Source: Methanobacteriota archaeon
Lineage (GTDB): Archaea > Thermoplasmatota > Thermoplasmata > SG8-5 > JAGLSY01
Direction: 5' to 3'
DNA length: 64,000 bases
NCBI GenBank assembly: GCA_020696385.1
Contig: JAEHCQ010000001.1
Span: forward strand, 416,001-480,000
The notes beneath the pieces are model-generated. The model was not told where the DNA came from and ran no database searches. It saw only the letters and a list, made by a program, of their open reading frames with translations. The position numbers and the translations under genes are program-made. This document shows, in pieces, positions 47,828 through 57,006 of the stretch (positions are counted from its first letter, which is position 1; every line of letters begins with the position of its first letter).

Positions 47828-50576
47828 GAGATATACAAATCCAAAAAATCATGAAAAATGAAAAAAAAGAAAAAAGGAGATGAGAAAAATGATAGACATA
47901 AGAAAAATATTGGCCATGGCGGTCGTGATCGCCATGGCATGCGCAAGTTTAGTAATCGTGTCGCCGAACAATACGGTGACAGCGGAGGATTCGGCCAGAC
48001 CTCTATCGGGTCTGGATTCTGGATTCCCTGCATTTGAGAATGTGATTGACCAGAGCCAGATGGGGACTGACCTTACATGGCCCATTATGGATGGGGGTGA
48101 CCTATATGGAGCCCAGGGTTTCCAAGTAGGTATGGATGGGGACCTTTCCATGTTCGAGTTCGAACTAATGACCATCAGTGATATGGGAGGCGGGCAACTT
48201 GGCTATGATATCAGAGAAGGTAGCGATCCAGGTCTTGCAATGTCTATCATTGGAGGGTTCCAGTGGGTGAATCTGGCAGACCTGGAAGTTGGGTGGAATT
48301 CCATTTCCCTTGACACGTTCGTGGAAGTAATTATGTTTACAGATTACCAGATCGTATTGACGGTCACTGGAGGCAGTACCTTTGATTGGAATTATGATAG
48401 CAATGATTTCTATCCATCAGGCACTGGAAAATTGTCAGCGAATGATTTTGCCTATGGAGATCTTGGTGGAGACTGGACCTTCAACACATACATGGCAGTT
48501 CCAACAGATGGCCTGAAAAAGGTCACTTGGCATGAATCAGGTGATTATGCTCTAGGCATAGCGACCGGAACAGACCACATTTACAAGTACACAAGGAACA
48601 CCATGACCTGGGCCAGTGAATATGATCTAGGAACAGGCGACATATTCAATGACATCGAATACAGTGAATTTTTTGATTTATTCTACATAGTGGGAGAAGA
48701 TGTCGGAAGTATCACTGGTGCAGCCTGGAGCTACTATGAACCAACACAGAACTTACTGAACCTGGGTGCACCTAATGTCCCTGCAACGGACTTCAACTGT
48801 CTTGGCCTCGCGGATGAGGATGGTACAACAGATTATGCTTTCCTTGCCATGGGTGAGGACTATGCCCAATGGTATGATGAGGTCAATGATATTTGGATCG
48901 AGGTAACAGGTGGATTGAGTGCAATGGTGGACGTCATGGACGTGACCTGGGACCATGGCTTTGGCATATATTCATATTGGGCTGTTGGAGATATGTTGGG
49001 CGAAGGATACATTTATAAATTTATGAATGCGGGTGACGCTACCGCACAACAGTCGAATCCCGCAACATGGGGTACTGTGGGGCCATTCCATGGAATTGAA
49101 TGGCAGCCAGCAGGAGCCTCTGATCATGCCATAATAGTGGGTGAAAATACAGGAGATGGGAATGTCTGGAGTTGGGATGGTACGACTGCAGAGGCTCTTC
49201 TAGACACTACTGACACCTATACTGGCGTGAGCTGGCACCCTGACGGAAGTATGGCCATGCTCGTTGGTTATAATGGTGTTGATGAAGGTGTCATCTATCA
49301 CTATATTCCTGATAACAACAATGCATTTATCAAAATGAGCACAGATGGTGATCATGGAAAGCTATATGGCGTTGATGTAAAAGCCTGGACTAGTCCAAGC
49401 TCGGGTCTTATAGTTGGTAGCAGTGGAGCAGTTGGTTCATATCTTTCAGCATCAGATGGTGATACGACATTGACAGTCAATGCCGCTTTCCCGCACATGT
49501 ACACGATAGACATGTGGAAGACCAGTGATGCTGGCGAGACATCCACACTTAATGCAAGGGTGGATGCAGGGGAAACTTACACATTCTACACCGAGATAAA
49601 CTACACCATCGGAGGCACGGACGAGCTCTTTGACGCTGGTAATGTCAATAATACCTTCGTGGACCTGACCGCGTGGTTCGATGATGGAAATGATGCGACG
49701 AGCATGACGCCATCTGCAAGCGATGATTCACACAGAACGAGAAAGTTCGTGGCCAGATTCTATGAGGGAACTGCAGGAACTGGTGGCGTATCAGGTTCTA
49801 TCATCTATCCAGACACCACAACCAATGAAATATTGTTGGATGGTGTAGGATGTAGTGGACCATTCGGTGGAGATGACAGGTACGGAGTATGGATCAATGT
49901 CACCTTCGGAGCGCAGATGAGAGCTGCTGATGGCCAGAATTTCGTAAATGGAGCCGCTGGAAGCATATTCGACAGCAACCAGGCATTTGACGATGATGAC
50001 AGCTGGAACTTCCAGATGCAGGTATATGATAATGACTTCCCGGGAGCGACGAATTCCACATATGAGGAATTCGGGATATTCATGTCAACGAACATAACAG
50101 TGTCCAATAACCCAAGTGTGAACGCGCCGCCAGGAAGTGTCAGCATGCCGTTTGACTCGAACAGCTTGATAACTTACTCGGCCAATATTCCATACTACGT
50201 GAATGTGTCAATTGAAAGGTTGAACTTGACAACGGATGATTCAAAGTTCATACCAGCAGCCAGTGTAAATGCAAGTCTTGTTGACATGTACCCAGCTGGT
50301 TTTGATCTCGAACCATACACTGAGATTAATTCAACTTGGGGAGCTGCTGGAAGACCGTTTGCAGCTGCCAATGCAGAGCGCATGGTATGGGGAAATACAA
50401 GCCAAGCAACCGAACTGGTGCCAGCTCCGAACAATGGTACAGCAGCGCATGGTCCGATATACTCGAACTTTGACGGATATGGAGCCACGGAAGTTTCGTG
50501 GTGGGTGTCAGTACCTGGAGGAACAGATGAAGGAATTTACCAGGCATCGATAACCTTCAAGATCGGGTACTATTAG
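46725..50576 (+). repeat. near-identical ~1.1 kb direct repeat (46725-47827 vs 49474-50576, offset 2749)
   Basis: For example, a 95-bp exact match between 47021-47115 and 49770-49864. Confidence 0.9.
47889..50576 (+). CDS. array paralog 12 (subfamily D), recent duplicate of paralog 11
   Basis: Start MIDIRKILAM after SD-like GGAGATGA (alternative start 47880); C-terminal ~365 aa nearly identical to paralog 11. Confidence 0.86.
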   Translation: MIDIRKILAMAVVIAMACASLVIVSPNNTVTAEDSARPLSGLDSGFPAFENVIDQSQMGTDLTWPIMDGGDLYGAQGFQVGMDGDLSMFEFELMTISDMGGGQLGYDIREGSDPGLAMSIIGGFQWVNLADLEVGWNSISLDTFVEVIMFTDYQIVLTVTGGSTFDWNYDSNDFYPSGTGKLSANDFAYGDLGGDWTFNTYMAVPTDGLKKVTWHESGDYALGIATGTDHIYKYTRNTMTWASEYDLGTGDIFNDIEYSEFFDLFYIVGEDVGSITGAAWSYYEPTQNLLNLGAPNVPATDFNCLGLADEDGTTDYAFLAMGEDYAQWYDEVNDIWIEVTGGLSAMVDVMDVTWDHGFGIYSYWAVGDMLGEGYIYKFMNAGDATAQQSNPATWGTVGPFHGIEWQPAGASDHAIIVGENTGDGNVWSWDGTTAEALLDTTDTYTGVSWHPDGSMAMLVGYNGVDEGVIYHYIPDNNNAFIKMSTDGDHGKLYGVDVKAWTSPSSGLIVGSSGAVGSYLSASDGDTTLTVNAAFPHMYTIDMWKTSDAGETSTLNARVDAGETYTFYTEINYTIGGTDELFDAGNVNNTFVDLTAWFDDGNDATSMTPSASDDSHRTRKFVARFYEGTAGTGGVSGSIIYPDTTTNEILLDGVGCSGPFGGDDRYGVWINVTFGAQMRAADGQNFVNGAAGSIFDSNQAFDDDDSWNFQMQVYDNDFPGATNSTYEEFGIFMSTNITVSNNPSVNAPPGSVSMPFDSNSLITYSANIPYYVNVSIERLNLTTDDSKFIPAASVNASLVDMYPAGFDLEPYTEINSTWGAAGRPFAAANAERMVWGNTSQATELVPAPNNGTAAHGPIYSNFDGYGATEVSWWVSVPGGTDEGIYQASITFKIGYY

Positions 50577-50599
50577 AAATAGGCAATAACCCAAAAATA

Positions 50600-50650
50600 G
50601 GGGCGGTAGAGGATTCTCTCCTTTTCACTATCGCCCTCCCTTTTCCTTTT
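50600..50650 (+). terminator. hairpin plus pyrimidine tract ending the array
   Basis: GGGGCGGTAG...CTATCGCCCT stem (with G-U pairs) followed by CCCTTTTCCTTTT. Confidence 0.55.
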
Positions 50651-50775
50651 ATGTTACTATTATTCTATAATTAATAGGTATGTAATATATACATATGGAG
50701 AATCTTCATAATCAATAATTAGGCACAAAGATTTATTAATGGGTAGATGTTATAATCAATCATAACGGTAATATT

Positions 50776-52800
50776 ATGGCATCAACCAAGAAAGAGGATG
50801 ACAATATCTGCGAAGTTCCGGTCGATAACTGGATAGATGATCAAGCATTCATCTCCACAGAAGATATAGAGATCCCTGAGAATATGGCAGACCAGGTCAT
50901 AGGCCAAGAAGATGCGGTCTATGTGATCAAGAAAGCTGCCGAGCAGAGAAGACATGTCATGCTAATAGGGGAGCCTGGTACTGGCAAGTCCATGCTCGCA
51001 CATTCCATGGTGGAATTCCTCCCAATGGGAGAGAATGAGGATCTGATAGCATATGCCAATAAAGAAGATCCAAATGAGCCATTGATAAAAGTGGTACCAG
51101 CAGGTAAGGGCAAGGAGATAGTCAATGCCCAGAAAGCAGAGGTCGCACAGCGCATGGAGCAGAAAGCACAGGCAATGATGACAATAATATTCCTCATTGT
51201 TGGTTTCTCAATTGTCATGTTCGTGCTGGATGGTATGAACAACGGAGAATACAATCCAATGTGGATATTCTTCGGCATACTGGCAGCTGTTTTCATTTAC
51301 ATGGCCTCAAGATGGCCTGGTGCAAGACAGGAACAGGCGAGTATACCAAAGATGTTGCTCAGCAGATCGAATGATGATCCACCTGCATTCATAGATGCGA
51401 CTGGAGCACACGCAGGTGCTCTCCTTGGAGATGTGAAGCACGATCCTTTCCAGAGTGGTGGATTAGAGACCCCAGCCCACGATAGAGTGGAGGTTGGAGC
51501 TATTCACAAAGCCAATAAAGGTGTTCTATTCATAGATGAGATCAATATGCTGAAAATGGAGAGCCAGCAAAGCCTCCTAACAGCCCTTCAGGAAAAGGCC
51601 TTTTCCATTGTGGGACAGAGCGAGAGAAGCTCGGGTGCCATGGTCAAAAGCCAACCAGTTCCCTGTGATTTCATACTGGTTGCCGCCGGTAATCTTGATT
51701 CCATATATGGTATGAGAGATGAGAATGGGGGTCAGAGAGGAGGAATGCATCCAGCTCTCAGATCCAGGATACGTGGTTATGGCTATGAAACTTACATGAG
51801 GAACACTATGCCAGACTCTGATGAGAACAGAAAGAAGCTCATCAGGTTCGTGGCTCAGGAAGTTACCAAAGATAAGAAGATCCCTCATTTCACTAAAAAA
51901 GCTGTAGCTGAGATCGTAAGAGAAGCTCAGAGGCGAACTGGACGTCGTGGACGTTTGACCCTCCGATTGAGAGAACTCGGTGGCCTGGTGCGTGTTGCTG
52001 GAGATATTGCTAAAGGAAAGAATATTCCACTTGTCACGGAGCTTGAAGTTGTGGAGGCAAAGAAAGTTGCCCGATCTCTTGAAAAGCAGATAGTGGAAAG
52101 GATGATCGAGCATTCGATGGACTATCCGACAATGTCAACAGAAGGTGGGGCGGTAGGCCTTGTCAATGGACTGGCAGTCATGCAAGGTGATGCTTCCATG
52201 GCAGAGATGTCGGGAATTGTTCTACCCATAGCTGCAGAGGTCACTCCTGCTCAAGCAAAATCTAATGGAAGGATAATCGCTACTGGAAAGCTTGGAGAGA
52301 TGGCTAAAGAATCTGTCCAGAATGTGTCAGCTCTTTTCAAAAAGTTGACAGGAGAGGATATCAGCAACCATGATGTCCATGTGCAATTCATAGGAAGCAG
52401 AGACGGAACCGAGGGTGATTCAGCCTCGATATCTGTGGCAACTGCTGTCTTTTCCGCATTAGAGTGCGTGGAGGTCGATCAAACTGTGGCAATGACTGGT
52501 TCTCTCAGTGTGCGCGGTAAGGTCCTTCCAGTTGGAGGAGTGACCGCGAAGATCGAAGCGGCTGCCGAGATGGGGCTCAAAAAAGTGATAATACCAAAAT
52601 CCAATCTAAAAGATGTTATTCTTGAGGATCGGTATGTCAATATGATAGAGATCATTCCAGTAGATACCATAGGTGAGGTTCTGGAGCATGCATTGATCAT
52701 CGGTCCTGACAAAGATGGATTGCTTACGAGATTGGCGGCTTCGATAGTTCCAAAAGGTGTCACTCCTCTCAAGGTCAAGCCAGAGAGTACTCCCGTATAA
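50776..52800 (+). CDS. lonB: archaeal membrane-bound Lon protease LonB
   Basis: Walker A GEPGTGKS, two TM helices inside the AAA domain, VLFIDEI, catalytic EGDSASI and [12 protein letters not shown]. Confidence 0.96.
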   Translation: MASTKKEDDNICEVPVDNWIDDQAFISTEDIEIPENMADQVIGQEDAVYVIKKAAEQRRHVMLIGEPGTGKSMLAHSMVEFLPMGENEDLIAYANKEDPNEPLIKVVPAGKGKEIVNAQKAEVAQRMEQKAQAMMTIIFLIVGFSIVMFVLDGMNNGEYNPMWIFFGILAAVFIYMASRWPGARQEQASIPKMLLSRSNDDPPAFIDATGAHAGALLGDVKHDPFQSGGLETPAHDRVEVGAIHKANKGVLFIDEINMLKMESQQSLLTALQEKAFSIVGQSERSSGAMVKSQPVPCDFILVAAGNLDSIYGMRDENGGQRGGMHPALRSRIRGYGYETYMRNTMPDSDENRKKLIRFVAQEVTKDKKIPHFTKKAVAEIVREAQRRTGRRGRLTLRLRELGGLVRVAGDIAKGKNIPLVTELEVVEAKKVARSLEKQIVERMIEHSMDYPTMSTEGGAVGLVNGLAVMQGDASMAEMSGIVLPIAAEVTPAQAKSNGRIIATGKLGEMAKESVQNVSALFKKLTGEDISNHDVHVQFIGSRDGTEGDSASISVATAVFSALECVEVDQTVAMTGSLSVRGKVLPVGGVTAKIEAAAEMGLKKVIIPKSNLKDVILEDRYVNMIEIIPVDTIGEVLEHALIIGPDKDGLLTRLAASIVPKGVTPLKVKPESTPV

Positions 52801-52812
52801 GAGGGGATCGAT

Positions 52813-53004
52813 TTGGTTGGCAATTTGGAATTCTACGGCAAAAAGATGGATAAAGAGCATGAGCCTTTGGTTGGACGTATCTGTTATGTCTTCAATACGA
52901 ATCTTACAAAGAAGTTGAATGACACTATCTGTACGCATTGTGCCAAGTTCATGACCCTTGAGTGTGAACATATTGATGAGTTCGTGGGAGATGATGGTGA
53001 TTGA
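52813..53004 (+). CDS. small Cys/His-rich hypothetical protein
   Basis: TTG start after GAGGGG; C...CTHC...CEH; stop overlaps the next gene's start. Confidence 0.6.
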   Translation: MVGNLEFYGKKMDKEHEPLVGRICYVFNTNLTKKLNDTICTHCAKFMTLECEHIDEFVGDDGD

Positions 53005-53513
53005 TAGCCCTGATAATCGGGCGTTTTCAACCATTCCATAATGGCCATTTACAGGTCGTGAAGGAGATATTGGATAATGATGATATTGATGAGCTCGTCA
53101 TCGGAATAGGAAGCTCCCAGTATGATCATGAAAAAGACAATCCTTTCTCATTTGATGAAAGAAAGGATATGATATCGCTTTCCCTGGAAAAAGAGGGCAT
53201 ATACAATTATTCATTGATCCCAATTTCAGACATACATAATTATCCAATATGGGTGGAACATGTTCGTAAGCATGTTCCTAATTATGATGTCGTATACACT
53301 CGTAGCCAGCTTACAAAACGTCTCTTTGAAGAAGCTGGTGATAGAGTGGTGGAAACCGACCTCTATGATAGAAAAGAATATTCAGGGTCTGAGATCAGGA
53401 GAAGGATCGTGGCTGGAGAGAAATGGCAGAAACTGGTTCCTGAAGGAACATTGCTTGTGATCGAGAGAATTGATGGAGCCACACGAGTGATCGAATCCCA
53501 GAAAGATCGATAA
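53001..53513 (+). CDS. nadM: nicotinamide-nucleotide adenylyltransferase
   Basis: GRFQPFHNGH, IGIGSSQ, NPFSFDER, SGSEIRRRI...W..LVP. Confidence 0.92.
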   Translation: MIALIIGRFQPFHNGHLQVVKEILDNDDIDELVIGIGSSQYDHEKDNPFSFDERKDMISLSLEKEGIYNYSLIPISDIHNYPIWVEHVRKHVPNYDVVYTRSQLTKRLFEEAGDRVVETDLYDRKEYSGSEIRRRIVAGEKWQKLVPEGTLLVIERIDGATRVIESQKDR

Positions 53514-53535
53514 ACATATAATTGAATTCAGAGAG

Positions 53536-54015
53536 ATGATAATGAAATCGATAGAAAAAATAGCCGAATTATTGACCATTTCCCAGAGAACACTGGGCAT
53601 TGTGGAATCCTGTACTGGAGGACTGCTCTGCCATCACATAACGAATATGCCTGGAAGCTCCAATTTCTTTGATGGAGGTATTGTGGCATATGGCAATGCT
53701 TCTAAGATCGAGGTTGTGGGAGTTACCGAGGAATGCCTGAGAAAGAATGGAGCCGTGAGTGAAAGAACAGCACTGGCCATGGCAGATGGGGCCAGGGAGA
53801 ACTTCACCTCGGATATTGGGATCGGTATTACAGGGATCGCAGGACCAAGTGGTGGTTCTGAAGAGAAGCCAGTGGGTCTTGTCCACATAGCTATCTCAGA
53901 TATGGACAGATCCGCCTCAGAGGCATTTAGATTCCAGGGTAACAGAGAGAAAATAAAGAATCAGGCTGTCGAAAAAGCAATCGAGATGTGCATTAGATTC
54001 CTTGAAGAAGAATGA
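53536..54015 (+). CDS. CinA C-terminal / NMN deamidase (PncC) family
   Basis: ESCTGG, PGSS, GAVSERTALAMA, GITGIAGPSGG..EKPVGLV. Confidence 0.9.
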   Translation: MIMKSIEKIAELLTISQRTLGIVESCTGGLLCHHITNMPGSSNFFDGGIVAYGNASKIEVVGVTEECLRKNGAVSERTALAMADGARENFTSDIGIGITGIAGPSGGSEEKPVGLVHIAISDMDRSASEAFRFQGNREKIKNQAVEKAIEMCIRFLEEE

Positions 54016-54020
54016 GGGCT

Positions 54021-54238
54021 CCCCAACGCTAAAGCATGGGGTATCCCCTCTGTTAAATTATTGAAGTTTGTCGAGAATATGAGCCCTTATTGAATACATC
54101 CCAAGCAATACCATAATTTTGTAGCGCTTTGTATCCACAAATCTAAAGATTGTGGCAGTAAATGTTACCCACATGGTATCGAACATTTACTGATGAAAGA
54201 ATTCGTTTGAATTCTTCGTATTAAAGCTTGGGGATATT
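54021..54238. mobile_element. possible IS200/IS605-type end-hairpin relics (PATE/REP-like), no transposase
   Basis: CCCCAACGC-TAAA-GCATGGGG (54021-54041), CCACAAATC-TAAA-GATTGTGG (54135-54155), and a degenerate third copy TAAAGCTTGGGATATTC (~54222). Confidence 0.45.
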
Positions 54239-54248
54239 CAATAAAATA

Positions 54249-55607
54249 TTAAGCCAGTTGCTCTGCCACGATCTTATCAATGGCATTTAGAAAATCCTTT
54301 TCCTTATCTGATGGAACCTTTGCTCCAGAGGCAATATTATGTCCGCCTCCGCTTCCACCGACCTCGCCAGATGCCTGTTTGCATGCTGAACCCAGATCAA
54401 GACCTTTGTTAACAAGTTCGCGTGTTGCTCTGGCAGATATGTTTGACTTGTCATCACCAGTGAATATTCCGATTATGGGCTTTGACTTATCGAAAATGTA
54501 CAATGCACCAAGGCCGGCTATGACCCCGGAATACGAGCTCTCACGAACATGAATGTATTGAATATTATCCATCTGGGTTGGTGGCTCATCCTCAATGGCC
54601 AGCATACTATCCATTATCAAGGAAATGTGTTCATTGCGAACTGCTTTAGCTTCTTCCATCGCTTCCTTGGATCCCAAAGCCAAGCTCAATCCCAGACTAT
54701 ATTTTTTCTTTCTACCACAGGCATTGAGCAGTGGTACTAATTCATCCACATACATGCTCCAATCATAAAGCCAGTATCTGTTCGTAACAAGTTGATCGAT
54801 GGCCTCGGAGCTGGCTCCCTGTTTTAAAAGATGAAGGGCCAAAGTGGAGGCCAGTTGTGTAGGCTTGTCAGCCTCAAGTGATTTGATGGTAGAGTCCACA
54901 TCCAATTCCATTTTCTTAAGAAAGGCAGTGACCTCTTTCTTATTGCCACTGAGACCTTTGAAATATGGTTCGGGGTGATTGAGAAGACTATCGTATATTG
55001 TCTCCCCTCTGAGATCCAGTACCTTTTCTTTTTTTATGAGTTCTCGACGGACCGCGATATTGACAAAATGATCATTGTAGCCCCTGAAGCCGCCCAAATT
55101 TTGTCTGTCACCTACCGCTCCTGCCAATGCGAGAGGAGCGAGGTTCCAGTTCTCATCATCAAGGGTGACTGCGAGGAAGAAGCTCATAGTAGCTCCACAA
55201 GCCTCTCTGGCACCATCAAATCCAAAGAGATGTGGATTCAAATGAATAACTGGCTTTGACCCTTCCTTCTGGGTTGCGTGATGATCGACCACGATGACAT
55301 TTTTGTCCAGGGTTTCCAATTCCTCAATGAAACCACTTCCCATATCGGAGAAGATGAGTAGATCATTATCCTCATCCTTGATCTCATCCAGAAATCCACC
55401 AGCTACTTTCGGTGTCAGAGTAATGTGGAAGGTCTTATTAGCTCGAGACAGAGCCTTGGCCAGAATAGCCGCAGAGCTCATACCATCTGGATCATAATGA
55501 GAAATAAGTCTTATCAGGCCAGTTGTTTGCCTGATAAGAGCAGATGCCTCGGCTAGCCTCTCTGAGAAATTCTTGCTGAATTCCAGATCGAGGGATTTAT
55601 CGGCCAT
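54249..55607 (-). CDS. RecJ-like DHH phosphoesterase (GAN/Cdc45-related) with DHHA1 domain
   Basis: SHYDPDG, FSDMGSG, VDHH, C-terminal GSGGGHNIASGA; directly downstream of rps15. Confidence 0.9.
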   Translation of the reverse strand: MADKSLDLEFSKNFSERLAEASALIRQTTGLIRLISHYDPDGMSSAAILAKALSRANKTFHITLTPKVAGGFLDEIKDEDNDLLIFSDMGSGFIEELETLDKNVIVVDHHATQKEGSKPVIHLNPHLFGFDGAREACGATMSFFLAVTLDDENWNLAPLALAGAVGDRQNLGGFRGYNDHFVNIAVRRELIKKEKVLDLRGETIYDSLLNHPEPYFKGLSGNKKEVTAFLKKMELDVDSTIKSLEADKPTQLASTLALHLLKQGASSEAIDQLVTNRYWLYDWSMYVDELVPLLNACGRKKKYSLGLSLALGSKEAMEEAKAVRNEHISLIMDSMLAIEDEPPTQMDNIQYIHVRESSYSGVIAGLGALYIFDKSKPIIGIFTGDDKSNISARATRELVNKGLDLGSACKQASGEVGGSGGGHNIASGAKVPSDKEKDFLNAIDKIVAEQLA

Positions 55608-55608
55608 C

Positions 55609-56067
55609 TTACCTACTCAGCTCAATCTCAGCTGTCTTGATCGAGTATTTCCAATCCTTGGAGATCACACCTGTGGATTTATAATACCTCTCAAGGCGCC
55701 TTATTTTTGCCTCTATGAGCTGTAAGTTTCTCTTATTGTGAATATCCTTTTTGTTATCCTGAATATGGCTGTTGAGGTTAACTGCCTTGGTCATAAGGTT
55801 ACTGATATCCTCTGGCAATTTCATTTCAATTCCATTTTCAATCATGATCTGAGTAATGGATTTTCCTGTAGCCAACTTAACATCTGGAACTCCATACTGG
55901 TCTCTTAAAATTGTACCAATAGTGGCACTGGAGGTTCCCTCCCCTGCCATCTTCGTTATAGTAGCGACGATCTCTTTCTTATCTATTGGAACCCACGCTG
56001 GGTTCTCGTATATCAATGGGCGGGTTGAGGAAGATTTCCCCTTTCGCCTCGCGTGCATCCTTGCCAT
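55609..56067 (-). CDS. rps15: 30S ribosomal protein uS15 (archaeal S15/S13e)
   Basis: MARMHARRKGKSSS.RP, IGTILRDQYGVPDVK, LPEDI.NL, LIEAKIRRL.RYYK; start re-set to 56067. Confidence 0.97.
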   Translation of the reverse strand: MARMHARRKGKSSSTRPLIYENPAWVPIDKKEIVATITKMAGEGTSSATIGTILRDQYGVPDVKLATGKSITQIMIENGIEMKLPEDISNLMTKAVNLNSHIQDNKKDIHNKRNLQLIEAKIRRLERYYKSTGVISKDWKYSIKTAEIELSR

Positions 56068-56274
56068 TTTAATTCTCTCCATTTCATTCCGATATTTTGA
56101 ATACATGAATTTATTCATGCACTCAAAATTCATCCATGTCCACATCGTGGGCCATGGTGCCTATCAATAGGCTGAAGTATTCGGTAATAACAATTTCTTG
56201 TATTTAAGACTGATTGCTGTAAATATAATAAATAAGGCATTAAGCTAATCAATGAGTAGTGCATGGAATAATTT

Positions 56275-56544
56275 ATGTCGAAAATACTGAAAGTGTATGC
56301 CTCCACATGGTGCATACATTGTAAATTGACTGTGAAATTTCTGAAAGATAGCCACATACCTTTTGAATATATTAAGATAAATGAGGTGGATAAGAATACA
56401 CTTCAAAAGATAATAGAAGTAAACGGCGGAGTTGATTGGGTCATTCCCACCATGGAATTCGATGGACATTGGAACCCGGGAAAGGTCTTCAATAAGGAAG
56501 TTTTAATAAATGACCTCCGGGCTATGGGGATAGATATTGATTGA
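56275..56544 (+). CDS. glutaredoxin family protein
   Basis: VYASTWCIHC active site and cis-Pro motif VIPT. Confidence 0.85.
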   Translation: MSKILKVYASTWCIHCKLTVKFLKDSHIPFEYIKINEVDKNTLQKIIEVNGGVDWVIPTMEFDGHWNPGKVFNKEVLINDLRAMGIDID

Positions 56545-56564
56545 AGCCAGTGATGTGATAATAA

Positions 56565-56894
56565 GTGTCGGGCAAAAGGATCCAAAGAGAAAAAAAGACC
56601 ATAAAAGCCATGTTCAGGATATTCTGTCATAAAAATCATGGAAATGATAAGGAGATATGCCAGGAGTGCTCGGAGCTTCTGCAATATTCGGAAGACAAGC
56701 TGGACAAGTGCCCATTTCAGGAAAAGAAAGCTCCCTGCACAGATTGTCTAATCCATTGCTATGCGGAACCCATGAGGAGCCAGGTTCGAGAAGTGATGAG
56801 ATTCTCTGGACCAAAGATGTTATCAAGACATCCTTGGCTGGCCATCATGCACCTCGTTGATGGCAGGCGTTCTCCCAAAGATACAAAGAAATGA
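56565..56894 (+). CDS. YgbA / nitrous-oxide-stimulated-promoter family protein
   Basis: REKKTI.AM..IFC...H, C.EC.EL, CPF...K..C..C..HCY, VMRFSGPKML..HP. Confidence 0.88.
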   Translation: MSGKRIQREKKTIKAMFRIFCHKNHGNDKEICQECSELLQYSEDKLDKCPFQEKKAPCTDCLIHCYAEPMRSQVREVMRFSGPKMLSRHPWLAIMHLVDGRRSPKDTKK

Positions 56895-57006
56895 TGGTAT
56901 GCTGATACCAAAATATACAAAAAACGATGGTATGCTGATACCTAAATATACAAAAAACGATGGTATGCTGATACCTAAATATATAGAGAAATGATGGTAT
57001 ACTGAT
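56893..57006. repeat. 33-bp tandem repeat, about 3.4 copies, with internal palindrome
   Basis: Unit GATGGTATGCTGATACCTAAATATACAAAAAAC starting at 56893, 56926, 56959 and (partial) 56993. Confidence 0.92.

Noticed and set aside
9807-50553. Many short antisense and alternate-frame ORFs inside the array, some repeated (e.g. MAPYPSKFEY...)
   Set aside because: They are shadows of the long coding genes, and their recurrence mirrors paralog identity.
46725-50576. Diversity-generating retroelement TR/VR pair
   Set aside because: Both copies are coding, the mismatches inspected are mostly synonymous and not adenine-specific, and no reverse transcriptase is in the window.
9030-50576. Prophage or integrated element carrying tail-fibre genes
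   Set aside because: All genes have Sec signal peptides; no integrase, capsid, terminase or att repeats were seen.
9030-50576. Type IV pilin/archaellin or archaeosortase-anchored S-layer proteins
   Set aside because: The signal peptides are class I-like, not class III, and there is no PGF/PEF-CTERM or C-terminal TM segment.
56893-57006. Mini CRISPR array
   Set aside because: The units are contiguous and near-identical with no unique spacers, and there are no cas genes.
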